NCBI GenBank assembly: GCA_038087875.1
Contig: CM075983.1
Span: forward strand, 12,276,001-12,340,000
DNA length: 64,000 nucleotides
Source of the DNA: Malacoraja senta
Lineage: Eukaryota
Reading direction: 5' to 3'
Positions 63,501-64,000 of this stretch are shown piece after piece; the first letter of the stretch is position 1, and each line of letters starts with the position of its first letter. Below the pieces are notes generated by a model. It was not told where the DNA came from, did not search any database, and worked only from the letters and a program-made list of their open reading frames with translations. Made by a program: the position numbers and the translations under genes.

Positions 63501-64000
63501 CAAGAGATATTCATGCAATAATCTGAGACGTCTGTTTAATATACTGCACTCACATAAAACCGAAGAACAAGATTTATCAATTATTTCACTGGATGCAGAA
63601 AAAGCATTTGATCAAGTGGAATGGGATTACTTTGTCAAAGTATTGCAAAAATTTCAAATGGGAGAGATATTAACTAATAATATTTTGTCCCTGAAATTTC
63701 AATTATCAAGGGGAAATAGACAGGGATGTTCATTATCATCTCTGCTATTTGCCCTTGTAATAGAACCGTTAGCGGAAAATATTAGAATACATCCGAATAT
63801 CCATGGGTATAATACAAAATACTCAAATAATAAGATATCATTATACGCAGATGATGTACTACTATATATCACAAAATCACAAATCAGTATGCCAAATATA
63901 TTAAATTTAATAGAGGAATTTGGATCCTTTTCAGGATATAGAATAAATTGGAATAAAAGTGAAATTATGACGATTAAACCTCAAGACCCAACACACCTGT
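60525..64000 (+). mobile_element. L1-clade LINE: ORF1 C-terminus, about 1 kb spacer, decayed ORF2 (APE-RT) running off the window
   Basis: ORF1 end LFRDYPYEIAKKR..YGIIYPAKMIITYNG..FNDP..* at 60738. ORF2 ATG 61773 with SWNIRG, IFLQETH, NIYAPN, GGDFN, SRIDY, SDH, GKTPGPDG, LDAEKAFD, RQGC, LYADD; stops and frameshifts present. Confidence 0.93.

Overview
Repeat-rich vertebrate genomic DNA, most likely from an elasmobranch (skate/ray). This is inferred from HE1-type tRNA-SINEs, HER1-type CR1 LINEs and abundant Penelope terminal repeats. The only host gene recognised is ZC4H2 on the minus strand: five coding exons from 49775 to 29901, 675 nt, 224 aa, all introns GT-AG. The rest is a layered transposon landscape. 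It includes two DIRS tyrosine-recombinase retroelements (one with complete ITR/ICR termini), an ISL2EU-type DNA transposon (THAP-DDE plus SAP-SWIM-YqaJ), Harbinger- and Tigger-like MITEs, a non-autonomous Helitron end, Penelope pieces carrying hammerhead-ribozyme motifs, and CR1, Rex1 and L1 LINEs. The standout is at about 1160-7296 (minus strand): a Gypsy-type LTR element (LTR plus tRNA-Ser PBS) whose truncated gag runs through a 21-bp repeat linker into captured host coding sequence. That cargo is 14 ASPM-type IQ motifs followed by the intronless TLK2 coiled-coil region, giving a reconstructable Gag-ASPM-TLK2 chimeric ORF of about 710 aa. A second LTR element with an inverted RT segment is nested in its leader, and a DIRS element cuts off its 3' end. 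Family assignments come from motif recognition only; no database searches were run.
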